A stretch of 63,907 nucleotides of DNA, counting the filler, from Octopus bimaculoides (lineage: Eukaryota): the NCBI RefSeq assembly GCF_001194135.2. It is 6 parts of 6 records of this genome, joined end to end, with 100 filler letters (N's around TTAATTAATTAA, not from the genome) between each part and the next. Parts side by side here need not be neighbours in the genome. Positions count along the whole stretch, not along the records: positions 62,556 to 63,907 come from NW_026376843.1; 5 more parts are not named here. One strand, given 5' to 3'. The notes beneath the pieces were generated by a model that worked only from the letters and a program-made list of their open reading frames with translations, made no database searches and was not told the DNA's origin. The translations under genes were made by a program, and so were the position numbers. Shown here piece by piece: positions 63,136 to 63,907 of the stretch. Numbering within the stretch: position 1 is the stretch's first letter; each line of letters opens with the position of its first letter.

Positions 63136-63907
63136 CACCCATACATACATGTGCATACATATATATACACACGTACATCTATATACACATATACACACCT
63201 ACACATACATAATTTCATACATATACATGTGTACACACACGCATACATACACAAACATGCATACACATAGATACACACACACACGCATTTATATACACCC
63301 ATTTGTTCGTATATACACACGGTNNNNNNNNNNATACACAAACATGCATACACATAGATACACACACACACGCATTTATATACACCCATTTGTTCGTATA
63401 TACACACGGTTGTTGTGTATATACGTACAAATGCTATATTTATAGGAAAATGATGCTTATATTAATTAGTAAGATATTAAATGATTGACAATTAATAAAG
63501 GTAATGGGTGGTCGATTAATCTACAGAGGTAGATTATGTTGTTAAGTTAGATGGAAATGAGAGGGGCAAGAAGAAGGGGTTAAAGGAGTAAAAATTACTT
63601 GTAAAGACTACGTTAATATTATTACCAAAGTTTACTTCGGTAATCACGTTCTATATCTGTTGGTGCAAGCGTTTTTTAAGAGATAAAATGGAATGTTACA
63701 TTGTTCAGTAATTTATACGTCATAGAGCAGAGAGAAGAGAATATTTAAATGTTTTGGATTCATCTTACGATGAACGTAAACAAGTGAACTAAGACTTTTT
63801 TCAGAATCTTAGATGTGTCTAAGAAAGTTTAAGAGGACAAATGGAATTCGTAGGCGGAGAATACTGCCACTAATATAACTTGGAACATGATAAATAACTC
63901 CTATTTT

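Overview
AT-rich, microsatellite-saturated, gap-riddled metazoan DNA, most likely a coleoid cephalopod such as Octopus (inferred from recalled octopus SINE sequences, not from a search). Almost all listed ORFs are artefacts of simple repeats or N-runs, and no complete host gene is supported. The window is a fossil bed of mobile elements: at least four tRNA-headed SINE families; R4/Dong-type restriction-like-endonuclease (RLE) LINE fragments abutting (AAT)n arrays; a second RLE family next to (CATA)n; a Tx1/L1-type LINE; an RTE-type LINE; a decayed Penelope-like element (PLE) inside ~450-bp inverted repeats; and Tc1/mariner, hAT and Tigger-type remnants and MITEs. The most interesting signal is a set of minimal hammerhead-ribozyme motifs of the PLE type: one intact core at 43409-43444 (-) and one inside a tRNA-headed SINE-like element present as a head-to-head pair at 9196-9752. 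One short candidate exon encoding a signal peptide lies at 58947-59012. Five identical 100-bp spacers (44N-TTAATTAATTAA-44N) are artificial scaffold joins, so adjacency across them is not reliable. Coordinates were counted by hand; boundaries of degraded elements are approximate.
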